Source: Pirellulales bacterium
GTDB lineage: Bacteria; Planctomycetota; Planctomycetia; Pirellulales; JAICIG01
Direction of reading: 5' to 3'
Assembly (NCBI GenBank): GCA_040901675.1
Contig: JBBDYJ010000031.1
Span: 153,220-217,219, forward strand
DNA: 64,000 nt
The notes under the pieces are model-generated. The model worked only from the letters and a program-made list of their open reading frames with translations, was not told the DNA's origin and made no database searches. Positions 19,334-29,900 of this stretch are shown here, in pieces. Position numbers and translations under genes: made by a program. The first letter of the stretch is position 1. The number at the start of each line of letters is the position of its first letter.

Positions 19334-22300
19334 TCACCCCTCCTCAAACCCAAAACTCTCAAACCCCAGCGTCCGGCAGTTCTCGGTCACGTCGCGCACC
19401 AGTTTCTCCGATGCCCCCTCGGGCAGCTCGGCCTGGATCTCCAGCGTAATCTCCACCTCCGCGCCCACGAGCCGCGTCAGGTGCTGCACCACCTCCTCGG
19501 CAATCTGACCCGCCTGGCGGCCCAGCCGCAAGGGGTCGATCGTCACCGAACCGTGAAATCGACGCAGTTCTGGCGGCCTGGACACCACCGTGCCCCCGCC
19601 GCCGCCAGCCGTTCCCCCACCCGTGATCGTTGCGCCGCCAGTGCCCCCAGTGCCTCCCCCGCCATTCGTCACGGTCCCGCCCGCCACACCCGGCTTCTCC
19701 GCCGCCTCCCGGTCGGCCGCGATCTGCGCCGCCGCTACATCCGGCCGCACCAGCAGGCTCTCGGCGTTCGCCAACACCTGGGCCGCCTGCCCCGCCCGCA
19801 GCCCCGTGTAGCGCCCGCGGCCCTCGTCCCACCCTTCGGCATACGCAAACGTGTCGGCCTGCCAGGTCATCAGCGCCAGACCGTCGCGGATCGCCCCCAA
19901 CAGCACGTTTTCGTCCCCCAGCCTCGGTAGGTAAAGATAGCGCCCCACGTCCTCGGCCAACTGCCTCACGCTCACGTGGTTGCCCCGCCAAAGCGGCACC
20001 CGGTCCAGCTCCAGCCGCAACGGCACGCCTCCAAACTGCACCATCAACAGCCCCTCGTTCTTCAGCTTCTTGCTCGCCCGCACCGCCAGCGGGTCGTGCC
20101 CCTGGAATCGGATCTCCGTCCATTCCAAGTCCCCCTTGGGGTCCGGCTGCCCAGGAATAAGCAGCCAGCAATAGGTCTCCGGGATCCGGCTCTCCACCGT
20201 CTCGTCGGCCGATCGACACTTGGTGTCGGCCTGCCGCTTCTGAAAGCTGTCCAGGTTCAACGACGGGTTCTCGCCCGACCCGTCCCGCACGATCGACGTC
20301 CAGGCCAGGTACTGCCGGACCGCCTGCCGCAGCTCGCCCAGCCGCGTCGCGTCCGCCGCCGCGAAGACCAGCATGTTCTTGTAGTTTCGCGGGCCCGTGC
20401 CCCGCGAGTCCAGGATGGCCGCCGCCTCGCGCCGGGCCGCGCTGCCGGCGTCCTTCGCCGTGTGAGGATGCTCGGGGCCCAACAGCACCAGCCGCGCCTC
20501 CCGTTCGTCGGGCACGTCGGCGCTGGGCATGCAGGCGTGCACCTTGGCAAAATCCCCCCTCGTGGCCGCCTCCTTGCGCAGCCGCCGCACCACCTCGTCG
20601 TCGACGTCGTCGTCCGACAACTGCACGCCCCGGTCCTCGGCCAGCCGCGTCACCGTCGGCACGGTCGAATACCAGTACCGCCGGCCGTCGACGTACAGGT
20701 ACGTGGCCGCGTCGGTCAGCCGCCGCAGCGCGTCGCCGAACGTCGGCACCGCCTCGCCCGGCTGCACGCACCCCAGCTTCACGTGCCGATCGTCGATCCC
20801 CCGGTTGGCCGCCCGTTGCATCGGGGCCGAGCCCACGTAGATCGTCCGGGCCACCCGCCGGCAGGCCGAGTACCGCCCCAGGTTTGGGTTGTCGCGGTCG
20901 AGCTTTAGCGGCAGCGAGTTCGGCCCATCCACGTCCTTTTCCAGGACGGGAACCCACTGGTCTTCGAGGTACCGCGTCAACTCGAACTGTACGATCTGAT
21001 CATCGACCGGAACATTCCCCGGCAAAATCAAGAGGTTGCCGTCCTGCCGCTCCCAGAGCGAGTGGATCACGGCGGCCATCAGACGCAACACGCCCCGCGT
21101 CCGCTGAAACTTGTCGAGCGTCGACCAGTCGTTGTACAGCCGGTCGAAAAGCTCCGGGTGTACCGGGTACGCCATCTTGATTCGGCGCTCGTAATCCGCC
21201 TCGCGGCATTCGCTGGGGAACTCCTGCTGCTGCAAGCCGTACAGCTCCGAGAAGGCCCGCGCCACCGCGTCGCGCTGCTTCGCCTGCTCGTTGTTCAACG
21301 GCTGAAACAGCCGCCGCCGCACGATCTCGAACCCCTCGTCCGCGCTGGCCGGCCGCCAGGATGACTCCACCCGCCCGATCGCGTTTTTTATGCGGTCGAG
21401 CGCCTTTTGCCCCCACTCGCCCCCGATCTCGTTGTCGCTGGAGGGCACGCTCACCACCAGCAGCGTCCGTTTGGCCGCCTTGGCCGCTTCGCTGATCGTC
21501 TGTGCGAACGTGAACTGCGTGTCGAACGTCCCCGCCGGCAGGCTGCTCCCCTCGTGCAACTGCCGCGCGTAGGCCACCCACTCGTCGATCAGCACCAGGC
21601 AGGGCGCGTACTTGTTGAACAGATCCTTCAGGGCGTTCCCCGGGTTGGTGGCCGTCGCGTCGGCCTCCTTGACCAGCTTGTAGCCTTCCTTGCCGCCGAG
21701 CTGCCAGGCGATTTCGCCCCACAGCGTGCGCACCACCGTCCCGTCCGGCTTCTTGTGCGGCTGGCCGGGGGAGATCTTGGTCCCCACGATCACCGCCCGG
21801 CGGACTCCCTCGGCCACGCTCACGCCCGCCTCCTTGACCAGGTCGTCGATGCCCGGCATTTCGCCGGCCGGCGTGCCGGAGAACAAGTGCCACAGCGCCA
21901 ACAGCGAGTGCGTCTTGCCGCCGCCGAAGTTCGTTTGCAGCTCGACCACCGGGTCGCCGCCGCTCCCCGCCAGCCGGGCCAGCGCCCGCGCCAGCAACTG
22001 GTTCAGCCCCTCGGTGATGAATGTGCGGCGAAAGAACTCGGTCGGGTGCTTGTACTCGTCGGAGCCTTCTCTTTGATACACCTGCCACAGGTCGGCGGCG
22101 AACTCGGCCTGCTGGTACCGCCCGCTCGACACGTCCGGGTGGGGCGTGGCCACCTCCCGCCACGGCTTCAGCCCGCCTTGCGGCTTGCCTTCGGTCGGCT
22201 GGAACGAGGCCTTGCGCATCTCGCCGCGCCGCTGCTCTTCGAACTGGACCCGCAGCAGGTCCATCCGCATCTGCTCGACCTCGGCGGCCTGCTCCGCCGA

Positions 22301-22669
22301 CACGGCCGACAGCAGCCGTCCCGCGCTATCGAGGGCCCGGTAGGCGTCGTTGCCGCTGAACGCCTCGTTATGCGCCCAGCGGTTGCGCACGTCGCGCAGC
22401 TCGCTCACCAGGCTCCGCTCGGCCGAGCCCAGCGTCCGCCCAAACACGTTATTCCACTGGTTCCACATGGCCGACAGCAGCACCTGCGGGTCGGCCAGGT
22501 TCGTCTTGTTCTGCTTCTTCCCCCCCGCCGGTTTTTGGCCCGCCTCCAGTCCCAGTTCCAGCCACCGCTCGCCATGCACGGCCCGCAATTCCCGTTCCAC
22601 GAACGGCGCCAGCCCCGCCCCCAGCAGGTCAAGCGCCTTGCCTACTCGTTCTCGATTACTCAGCGCCAT
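19334..22669 (-). CDS. Swt1-like HEPN + DUF499 AAA+ ATPase
   Basis: RNRWAH HEPN motif; LKPWREVATPHPDV; Walker A QTNFGGGKTH; Walker B VLIDEW; FQRTRGVLRLMA. Confidence 0.92.
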   Translation of the reverse strand: MALSNRERVGKALDLLGAGLAPFVERELRAVHGERWLELGLEAGQKPAGGKKQNKTNLADPQVLLSAMWNQWNNVFGRTLGSAERSLVSELRDVRNRWAHNEAFSGNDAYRALDSAGRLLSAVSAEQAAEVEQMRMDLLRVQFEEQRRGEMRKASFQPTEGKPQGGLKPWREVATPHPDVSSGRYQQAEFAADLWQVYQREGSDEYKHPTEFFRRTFITEGLNQLLARALARLAGSGGDPVVELQTNFGGGKTHSLLALWHLFSGTPAGEMPGIDDLVKEAGVSVAEGVRRAVIVGTKISPGQPHKKPDGTVVRTLWGEIAWQLGGKEGYKLVKEADATATNPGNALKDLFNKYAPCLVLIDEWVAYARQLHEGSSLPAGTFDTQFTFAQTISEAAKAAKRTLLVVSVPSSDNEIGGEWGQKALDRIKNAIGRVESSWRPASADEGFEIVRRRLFQPLNNEQAKQRDAVARAFSELYGLQQQEFPSECREADYERRIKMAYPVHPELFDRLYNDWSTLDKFQRTRGVLRLMAAVIHSLWERQDGNLLILPGNVPVDDQIVQFELTRYLEDQWVPVLEKDVDGPNSLPLKLDRDNPNLGRYSACRRVARTIYVGSAPMQRAANRGIDDRHVKLGCVQPGEAVPTFGDALRRLTDAATYLYVDGRRYWYSTVPTVTRLAEDRGVQLSDDDVDDEVVRRLRKEAATRGDFAKVHACMPSADVPDEREARLVLLGPEHPHTAKDAGSAARREAAAILDSRGTGPRNYKNMLVFAAADATRLGELRQAVRQYLAWTSIVRDGSGENPSLNLDSFQKRQADTKCRSADETVESRIPETYCWLLIPGQPDPKGDLEWTEIRFQGHDPLAVRASKKLKNEGLLMVQFGGVPLRLELDRVPLWRGNHVSVRQLAEDVGRYLYLPRLGDENVLLGAIRDGLALMTWQADTFAYAEGWDEGRGRYTGLRAGQAAQVLANAESLLVRPDVAAAQIAADREAAEKPGVAGGTVTNGGGGTGGTGGATITGGGTAGGGGGTVVSRPPELRRFHGSVTIDPLRLGRQAGQIAEEVVQHLTRLVGAEVEITLEIQAELPEGASEKLVRDVTENCRTLGFESFGFEEG

Positions 22670-22685
22670 CAGCTCCTCCTTACAC

Positions 22686-22850
22686 TAACCCGACGCGCCA
22701 GCGAGAGGCAGTCGCCCCAGCGACCGTACTCCCTTACACCGCCCCGACGCGCCGGCGAGAGGACGGATAGGACCTCTCGCTGGCGCGTCGGGTTAGTTGT
22801 ACGCTCCTCGCACGGCTCGGCATAAGACCTCTCGCTGGCGCGTCGGGTTA
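22686..22850. repeat. REP-type repeat TAACCCGACGCGCCAGCGAGAGG, two direct and two inverted copies; also at 30659-30681
   Basis: Direct sequence comparison. Confidence 0.85.
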
Positions 22851-22902
22851 GTGTTACTCGATTAACGTCTGTCCCCTGTCCCCTGTCCCCTCTCCGCTCC
22901 CT

Positions 22903-25830
22903 TCACATCTCCAGTGTTTGCTGCCGCTCCGCCGGCCGATTCCGCTCCGCCTGCGCCAGCCTGGTCAGCTCCGGCCAGGCGATCACCAGGCCATTGTAGG
23001 CCAGCGCCTCCTCGGCCCACTTCTTCCGCTCGCAGACGTGGTACAGCCGGTACGCCAGGTCGCGGGCCGTCTCGGCATAGCCGCCCAGCTTGTGCATCAG
23101 GGCCGCGGCGGCCGACTCGCCGTCGGTCTCCAGCGTCCGGATCAGGTGCTGCGTCGCCTCCCAGACGGTCAGCCGGCGGTCGCCGGCCGGGTCCCACTCG
23201 CCGTTCAATTCGCTACGGCTCACCAACCGCACCTTGCCCCCCTTCGCCCGGATCACTCCCGCCTCGACCAACCCATTCACGGCCGTGTTCTTCGCCTTGC
23301 TCAGCGTCTCCGCCACGCCGAATGGCCCTTCGTCCACGCCGAATTGCTCGAACCAGGCCAGCGCCCACCGCGTGTCACCGTCGAACTCCCCTTCCTGCTC
23401 GGCCAATACTTCGTCGAGCACTTGGTTGATGATCCCCAGGGCCGCGCGAACGGCCATGGGTAAGCCGTTCGTCTCGATGACCTTTGCGTAGCGGGTGAAC
23501 ACAGCCATCCCCGGCCCTATGGCCGCCTGAGCGAGGTCCACCGGAGCGATGTTGCCCTGTTGAAGACTTTTGAGCGCCTCCGGCAACTCGCGCCGCAGCG
23601 CGTTCATGAATTCCTTACGAGTGGCAAGCGGAGCATCGCTGGGTCGGGGGCGGCAGACCAGCACGATGGATGAGGCAAGCGCGTTGCTGGCCATGCTCCG
23701 TGTTCGGTTTCCCATCTCCGTTCGTATTGGCCATGTCCCATCAATTTGCCAACCAGTCTCAGCGAGTCCCTGCAAGAAAGTTTCCCACCCGGTCGATGAC
23801 CGAGGTCCATCGGCGTTGTCGGCATCTTCCGCTGACTCGTCCGCATCCTCGGTTTGTTTGAATGCGTAGTAGATTGTCGCCGGGTACTGCGCGTCCGTCG
23901 TGTCCCGCATCTTCTCGAATACCTGCCCCATCCCTCGTTCAAAAAACTGACGAGCGGCCTCCTTTCCGCCTTGGCGAAACGGGTCTGCAACCAATTCTTC
24001 ACTCTTCGGAACCAGCACGGTGCGAAGAAGCTCTGGAAAGACGGGTTGGAGACATCGGCGCAGCCACACGTAAAAAAAGTCGGACAAGTCCGCATAAGGG
24101 ACGTTGTCGTAGTAGGGAGGATCAGTCGAGATAACAGGACTGACTGGACATGCGAGGCTCTTCGCTGAGATTTGATTAACGTCCCCAATCGCCGTTGCGC
24201 GAGATTCCTTGAGTACCAATTCCGTCCAGCGTTGACTACTTCCCCAGCTCCCAGAAGAAGCACTGAATGGATTGCCCTCGGCAAAGTCCCATGCCATTGA
24301 AAGTGCTTGACGCGAGAAGACGTGCCCAATGCCAAGATTCTTCGGATCGGAACGCCAAACACACAGATTCGACCAGTAATCTGCGCATTTGCTGACGAGC
24401 AGCCCAAGAAAAAGTGCAACAGCATCGGCGTACTCGCGGCTGCCGTCTGAGTCGCGGAGGACTCGTGCTCTCGCCTCACTCACCAAGTCGGCGAATGTGG
24501 CCAACGCCGCGAGTTGTCGGTCTGTAAATAAGTGGCGGTGCTTTGTCATGCCGTAGCTTACGGGTGTAAGATAGCGGCTATCGCCGATTATTTCAGTGTC
24601 ACACAGATTGTTCGGGGGCTTCCACAACCCCGAAGCCGATTCGTGTTCCGCATTCGGCGCGAGGAATACTCGCTCGCTCCGTCCTTCAGCCACGATCGTC
24701 ATCAACCGCGTCTTGATCCGACCTGCCATCCCTTCTTCACGAATGTGCTCGCGCGTAATCGGACTTCCGGTGAGCAGGCAGGTATCTCCTGCCTTGCCCA
24801 CGGTGCCGGCGCGTGATTGATCGTTGCCGTATCGAATTTCGAATCGGTAGTTCACGCGGTTTGGTTCAATGATTGGCTCTATCCACACTTTTTTTGCCGC
24901 CTTCGTCGAAAGCCAGAAGGATCGCACGAGCGGGACGTGAGCGCCGTTGGCGACCGGGTTCGGGGAGGCGACGGTTCTGGCCCAGAGCCAGGCGATGACG
25001 GTGAGTTGCTGTCCGACGTAGGGGAGCAAGTCGGGGCGGTCTTGGGCCATCTCCGCGGTGACTTCGACCTTGGGATACAGGTGCCCGATCCGCTTTTCCG
25101 CCTCGTCGCGCATCCACTTGCCGCAGTAGCGCACGTCCTCGGCCAGCCCCTGCGCCCCCTGCCAGGTCGTTGCCGCCTTCTCACTGGCCGACTTCTTCTG
25201 CCACTCGGGATTGACCGGCGGTCGGCCCGCGAACTTGGGCGGGATCTCAATCAGCGCCTTCGTGATTAGCACCGCGACGGGATTCAGGTCGCTGGCGTAG
25301 GCCCGCAGCCCCAGCCGCTGCGCCTCCAAGGGGATCGACCCGCCGCCGCAGAACGGATCGAGCACGGGTGGCGCATGCTCCGCTAGGAAGGCGTTCACGT
25401 CCTCCGGCCTCGCCAGCATGTGCTTGATGTCGTGCGCCGTCGCCTGGCCGGCAACCACTTGCTCCGTTGCCAGCTCCCCGCCCTCGATCTTCCGCACGGC
25501 CACGCACCGGGCGATCTCCGCTCGTGCCCGGTTGATCACCCGTGGATTGTTCGAGTTCTCCCACTGCACCAGTTCTTCAATCAAAGTGAACAACTCCGCC
25601 CGCTTGCTGGCCGCCAGGTTCTCGTCGCCGGCGAACATCGGGTCGCTGTCCGGGTCGTCCACCAGCGAGCCAAAGAGCACCGCCCGGCAGGCCGCCAGCG
25701 GCCGCCGCGCCCACCACAGGTGCAGCGTGCTCGGGTGCCCATGCCGGATGGACTTCTCCCGCGCCGACGCCTTGTTGATCGCCTCCAGCGGCAGCGCCAC
25801 CTCAATCAGCTTCTTGCGGTACGTCGTCAT
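22903..25830 (-). CDS. DUF1156 adenine-specific DNA methyltransferase
   Basis: KKLIEVALPL, LHLWWARRPLAACRA, SAM motif DPFCGGGSIP, catalytic TDPPYYD. Confidence 0.93.
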   Translation of the reverse strand: MTTYRKKLIEVALPLEAINKASAREKSIRHGHPSTLHLWWARRPLAACRAVLFGSLVDDPDSDPMFAGDENLAASKRAELFTLIEELVQWENSNNPRVINRARAEIARCVAVRKIEGGELATEQVVAGQATAHDIKHMLARPEDVNAFLAEHAPPVLDPFCGGGSIPLEAQRLGLRAYASDLNPVAVLITKALIEIPPKFAGRPPVNPEWQKKSASEKAATTWQGAQGLAEDVRYCGKWMRDEAEKRIGHLYPKVEVTAEMAQDRPDLLPYVGQQLTVIAWLWARTVASPNPVANGAHVPLVRSFWLSTKAAKKVWIEPIIEPNRVNYRFEIRYGNDQSRAGTVGKAGDTCLLTGSPITREHIREEGMAGRIKTRLMTIVAEGRSERVFLAPNAEHESASGLWKPPNNLCDTEIIGDSRYLTPVSYGMTKHRHLFTDRQLAALATFADLVSEARARVLRDSDGSREYADAVALFLGLLVSKCADYWSNLCVWRSDPKNLGIGHVFSRQALSMAWDFAEGNPFSASSGSWGSSQRWTELVLKESRATAIGDVNQISAKSLACPVSPVISTDPPYYDNVPYADLSDFFYVWLRRCLQPVFPELLRTVLVPKSEELVADPFRQGGKEAARQFFERGMGQVFEKMRDTTDAQYPATIYYAFKQTEDADESAEDADNADGPRSSTGWETFLQGLAETGWQIDGTWPIRTEMGNRTRSMASNALASSIVLVCRPRPSDAPLATRKEFMNALRRELPEALKSLQQGNIAPVDLAQAAIGPGMAVFTRYAKVIETNGLPMAVRAALGIINQVLDEVLAEQEGEFDGDTRWALAWFEQFGVDEGPFGVAETLSKAKNTAVNGLVEAGVIRAKGGKVRLVSRSELNGEWDPAGDRRLTVWEATQHLIRTLETDGESAAAALMHKLGGYAETARDLAYRLYHVCERKKWAEEALAYNGLVIAWPELTRLAQAERNRPAERQQTLEM

Positions 25831-25855
25831 CCTTGCGGGTTGTCTCCATCCATCT

Positions 25856-26971
25856 TCACTTCCCCTTTGTCCGCTTCCCCTTGGATTGGCGTGCCGGCGG
25901 CATGCGGCTCTCGATGGCCGGCAATGCCGCCTGCTCTTGAGCCTGTTCGTAGAACTCGTGCAGCTTGGCTTGCAGCAGCTTCTTGTCGGGCAGCCGGGTC
26001 TGGTACTCGGCCACAATCGCGGGCGACATGGCCCGGCTCAGGGCGTATTCGACGACCTCATGGTCCTTCGTCGCGCACAAGAGCACGCCGACCGACGGCC
26101 GCTCGTGCGGCTTCTTCACGTCGCGGTCGAGCGCCTCCAGGTAGAACTCCAGCTTGCCGAGGTGCTCCGGCTGGAACTCGTCGATCTTGAGTTCGATCGC
26201 GACCAGGCAGTTCAATGCCCGGTTGAAGAACAGCAGGTCGAGGGAGAAATCGCGGCCACCGACCTGCACGGGAAACTCGCTGCGGACGAAGCAGAAGTCC
26301 CGCCCCAGTTCGATCAGGAACTGCTTCAGCTTCTCGACCAAGGCCCTTTCCAGGTCGCTCTCGGAGTGTGCGGGCGGAAGCTGGAGGAACTCGACCAGGT
26401 AACTGTCTTTGAAGACCGTGGCGGCGTCGGGGTGAAGTTCTCGCACCGCCGGTGAGAGTTTTGGCGGTGAGAGGGCGACACGCTCGAACAGAGCGCCGTT
26501 AAGTTGCCGCTCCAGTTCCCGTTTGCCCCATTTTTCCCGAATAGCCATTCGCAGGTAGAACTCCCGTTCTTCGTCTCGCTTCGAACGGCTCATGATGAGC
26601 AAGTTGTGCGTCCAGGGTAATTCTCTCACCAGTGGTGAGAGTTTTGGCTGTGCGTGATACGTATCGAAAAACTGGCGCATCCGCCACAGGTTTTGGGCGG
26701 AAAAGCCACGTGCGTTTGGCTGCCTGGTCTGGATGTGCTCGGCCAGCGCCTCGACGGTCCCCTTGCCCCAACCATCGGCCGAAACCCTCTGGCTGATCTG
26801 CTCGCCGATCGTCCAGTAAAGCTCGATCAACGCCGTGTTCACGGCACCGAGGGCCCGTGACCGCGCGGCGTCAATCAGTCGCACAATCTCGTCAAAATCA
26901 GCCTGCGATGGCGTCGCGCCGGCTCGCCTCGTTAGCCCGGTCTGTTTCGCCTTGCGAGGTGCCTTCCTCAT
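25856..26971 (-). CDS. YhcG/DUF1016 PD-(D/E)xK nuclease-family protein
   Basis: LIELYWTIG, GFSAQNLWRMRQF, FLIELGRDFCF, DLLFFNR..VAIELK; ATGA overlap with the helicase stop. Confidence 0.92.
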   Translation of the reverse strand: MRKAPRKAKQTGLTRRAGATPSQADFDEIVRLIDAARSRALGAVNTALIELYWTIGEQISQRVSADGWGKGTVEALAEHIQTRQPNARGFSAQNLWRMRQFFDTYHAQPKLSPLVRELPWTHNLLIMSRSKRDEEREFYLRMAIREKWGKRELERQLNGALFERVALSPPKLSPAVRELHPDAATVFKDSYLVEFLQLPPAHSESDLERALVEKLKQFLIELGRDFCFVRSEFPVQVGGRDFSLDLLFFNRALNCLVAIELKIDEFQPEHLGKLEFYLEALDRDVKKPHERPSVGVLLCATKDHEVVEYALSRAMSPAIVAEYQTRLPDKKLLQAKLHEFYEQAQEQAALPAIESRMPPARQSKGKRTKGK

Positions 26972-29900
26972 GCCGGCGCCTCCGAACGACTCAGCAGCTT
27001 CTCCAGGTGAAAATTCACGCTCGTCACCGTGAAATCCGGCTCGTTCTGAAATGGCTGCCGGACATAGCGCAGATCCGTGCCGGCCCCGTCCACCACCGCG
27101 ATCGCCAGAACAAAACTCTCCGGCTCGTTCAGACCCGTCATGATCTCGCGCCGCGTCACCGTCACCGTCTCGGCGCCGGCCACGCGCCCCTTCACCTCGA
27201 TGAACCGCAGCCGACCCGTCGACGGGATCGACGACTCGATGTCGTAGCCCAGCTTCTCCGCGCTCACGTCCCGCGGAATAAACCCCAGCCGGCGCTCGGC
27301 CGCCATCACGGCCGCCATCGCCAACCGCTCGCTCCGCTCGGTGTCGGCCGCGAACGTGGGCGGCGCGGGCCGCTTCAGCAGCCGCCGCAGGAGTCCCAGC
27401 GGCACCACCATCGCCCCGCCCAGCACCACCGGCGGCAGCGGCGACAGCTTGCGTTCCTGCTCCAGCTCCACCAGCCGCTTTTTCAGCCGCAATGCCAGCT
27501 CGTCCGCCCGCTGCCGCGCCAGCCCGGAGTTGACTTTCGCGTTTACCTTGCCGGCCAGTTCCTGCTCCTTGAGCTGCTCCGCCCGATGGTCCCAGTAATT
27601 CACTTCCGCGGTCAGCCGCTCCTTCACCGCCGCCGCCGTCTTGTCCACCAGCTCCTGCTTCCGGCGCCTGAACTCCTCCAGGTGCTCCGGCACTAGGTGC
27701 ACGGCCGCGTGCTCCAGCACCTTGCTCTCCAGGTCCGCCCGCAGCCACTCAGGCGTTGCCACCGCGGCCAATGCCGTCCGCTCTTCGTCCGAAAGCGGCC
27801 GGTAGTCCAGGTACGGCGCCGGGCCGCCCGACCGCGTCCCGCCGCCCGCGTCCACCTCGACGAACTGCAGCCGCTTCGACACGATCCGCCGGACGCCACC
27901 CCGCTCCAACCGGGCGTCCTGGATCGAGTGCTCCAGGTACACCAGCGCCCGGGGCTCCTGCCCCAGATCGGCTTCGTCAACCAGCACCGCCCCCTGTTTC
28001 AACAGGTCGCGATACCGCTCGACCACCAGGTCGATCGTGGCGTCCAGCAGCGGATGCCCCGGGCAGACAAAGGCCGCCAGCGGTTTGCCCGGCACGCTTA
28101 TCAGCGACTTCTCGAACGTCACCCGCTCGTACCGCGGCATCACCGGCTCGCCGCGGCCGATCTGCCGATCGCGGCCCCGGATCGCCGCCGGCACGTGCTT
28201 GATCTCGTACCGCTTCGCCTCCCGCTCGTGGATCGTCCCACCCAGCAGCCGGAAGGCCTCGATGAAGAACGAAGCGATGAAATGCGGCTGCAAGCGCCGC
28301 GCCTCGGCCCGCTCCATGTCCTCGCGGATCTGCCGCACGCGCGTCACGTCCATGGCGTCGTGCGTCAGCGCCCGGTCCTCGACCAGGCTCCGCAGGTGCT
28401 CGTGGTCCATCGCCCGATCGACCACCTGGTACAGCCGCGCGCGCACTTCCGGCTGATCGCCGTACCGCACCGCCTCCAGCAGCAGCTCGCGCAGGGACCG
28501 GTCCTCGAACGTCAAGCGTCCCAGCACGTCGAAGACCTGACCGCCCAGCGCCTGCCGCTCCTCCGCCAGCTTTTCCAGCAGCCGCTGGTAGACTTCCCCC
28601 TCCCGCGTCTCGTGCGCCACCAGGTTCCACAGGTGGCAGACTTCCGTCTGGCCGATGCGATGGATGCGGCCGAACCGCTGCTCCAGCCGGTTCGGGTTCC
28701 AGGGCAGGTCGTAGTTCACCATCAGGTGCGCCCGCTGCAAGTTGATCCCTTCGCCCGCCGCGTCGGTCGCCACCAGGATCTCCACCTCCTTGTCGTGCGT
28801 AAAGCCTTCCTGCGCCTTCTTGCGCTCCTCGCGTCCCATGCCGCCGTGGATCGTCACCACCGCCTCCGGCTTGCCGATCAGCGCCCGGATCTGGTCGGCC
28901 AGGTAGCTCAGCGTGTCGCGGTGCTCGCTGAAGATCACCAGCTTGCGGCGGTGGCCGTGCGCGTCGAACATCTCCGAGTTGTTCTGCAAGAGCCGCGACA
29001 GCTCGTCCCACTTCTTGTCCGTGCCCGACTGGCGGACGCGCAGGGCCGAGCGTTCCAGCCGCTCCAGCATGCCGATCTCCGTCTGCAGCTCGGCGATTGT
29101 CCGCGCCGCCGAGGCCTGGTCGACCACCCGCTCCTCGGCCTCTTCCACCTCCCCCTCGGGCGCATCCTCCAGGTCGTCCAGGTCGTCCTCGGTGTAAGCC
29201 GGCAAGCCGGCCACCAGGTCGATGGCGGCCGATTCCCGCCGCTCCGCGGCCAGGGCGGCCAGGTCCGCGGCCTCGACAACCCGCAATCCGGCGCCGCCGC
29301 GCCGCATGAGCTGCTCCTCCCGCAGCCGCTTCTGCAGCCGCTCGCGGCGGCGGCGCAGCGACTGATGGATCGCTTCCGGCGATGACGCCAGCCGCCGCTG
29401 CAGGATGGTCAGCGCAAAGCCGACCGTTCCCCTTTGGCCGCCCCCCTCCAGCGCCTCGGCCCGGTTGAACTCCTCCCGCACGTAGTCGGTCACCTGGCGG
29501 TACAGCTCCGCCTCGGCATCCGACAACTGGTAGCCCACCGTGTAGGCCACCCGCTCGGGAAACAGCGGCCGCCCGTCGAACTTCAGCAGTTGTTCCTTGA
29601 CCAGCCGCCGCATCAGGTCCGAGGTGTCGGCCGTATGGACGCCGTCGCGGAACTTGCCTTCGAAGCGGTCCCCGTCCAACAGCGCCATGAACAACTGGAA
29701 ATCGGCCTCCTTGCCGTTGTGCGGCGTGGCCGTCAACAGCAGGAAATGCCGCGTCAGCGTCGACAAAAGCTGGGCGAGCCTGTAGCGCTTCGTGTACTTG
29801 ACCTCGCTTCCAAAGTAGGTGGCGCTCAGCTTGTGCGCCTCGTCGCAGACCACCAGGTCCCAGTCTCCCTGCTTGAGCTTGTCCTGGACATCCTGGTTGC

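Noticed and set aside
25856..27748. 630-aa ORF, and long antisense ORFs such as 19359-20957, 27697-29385, 35052-36743, 38042-39955, 52575-54752 and 56034-57809
   Set aside because: Shadow or alternate frames of well-supported genes in high-GC DNA; only 25856-26971 of the first ORF is real
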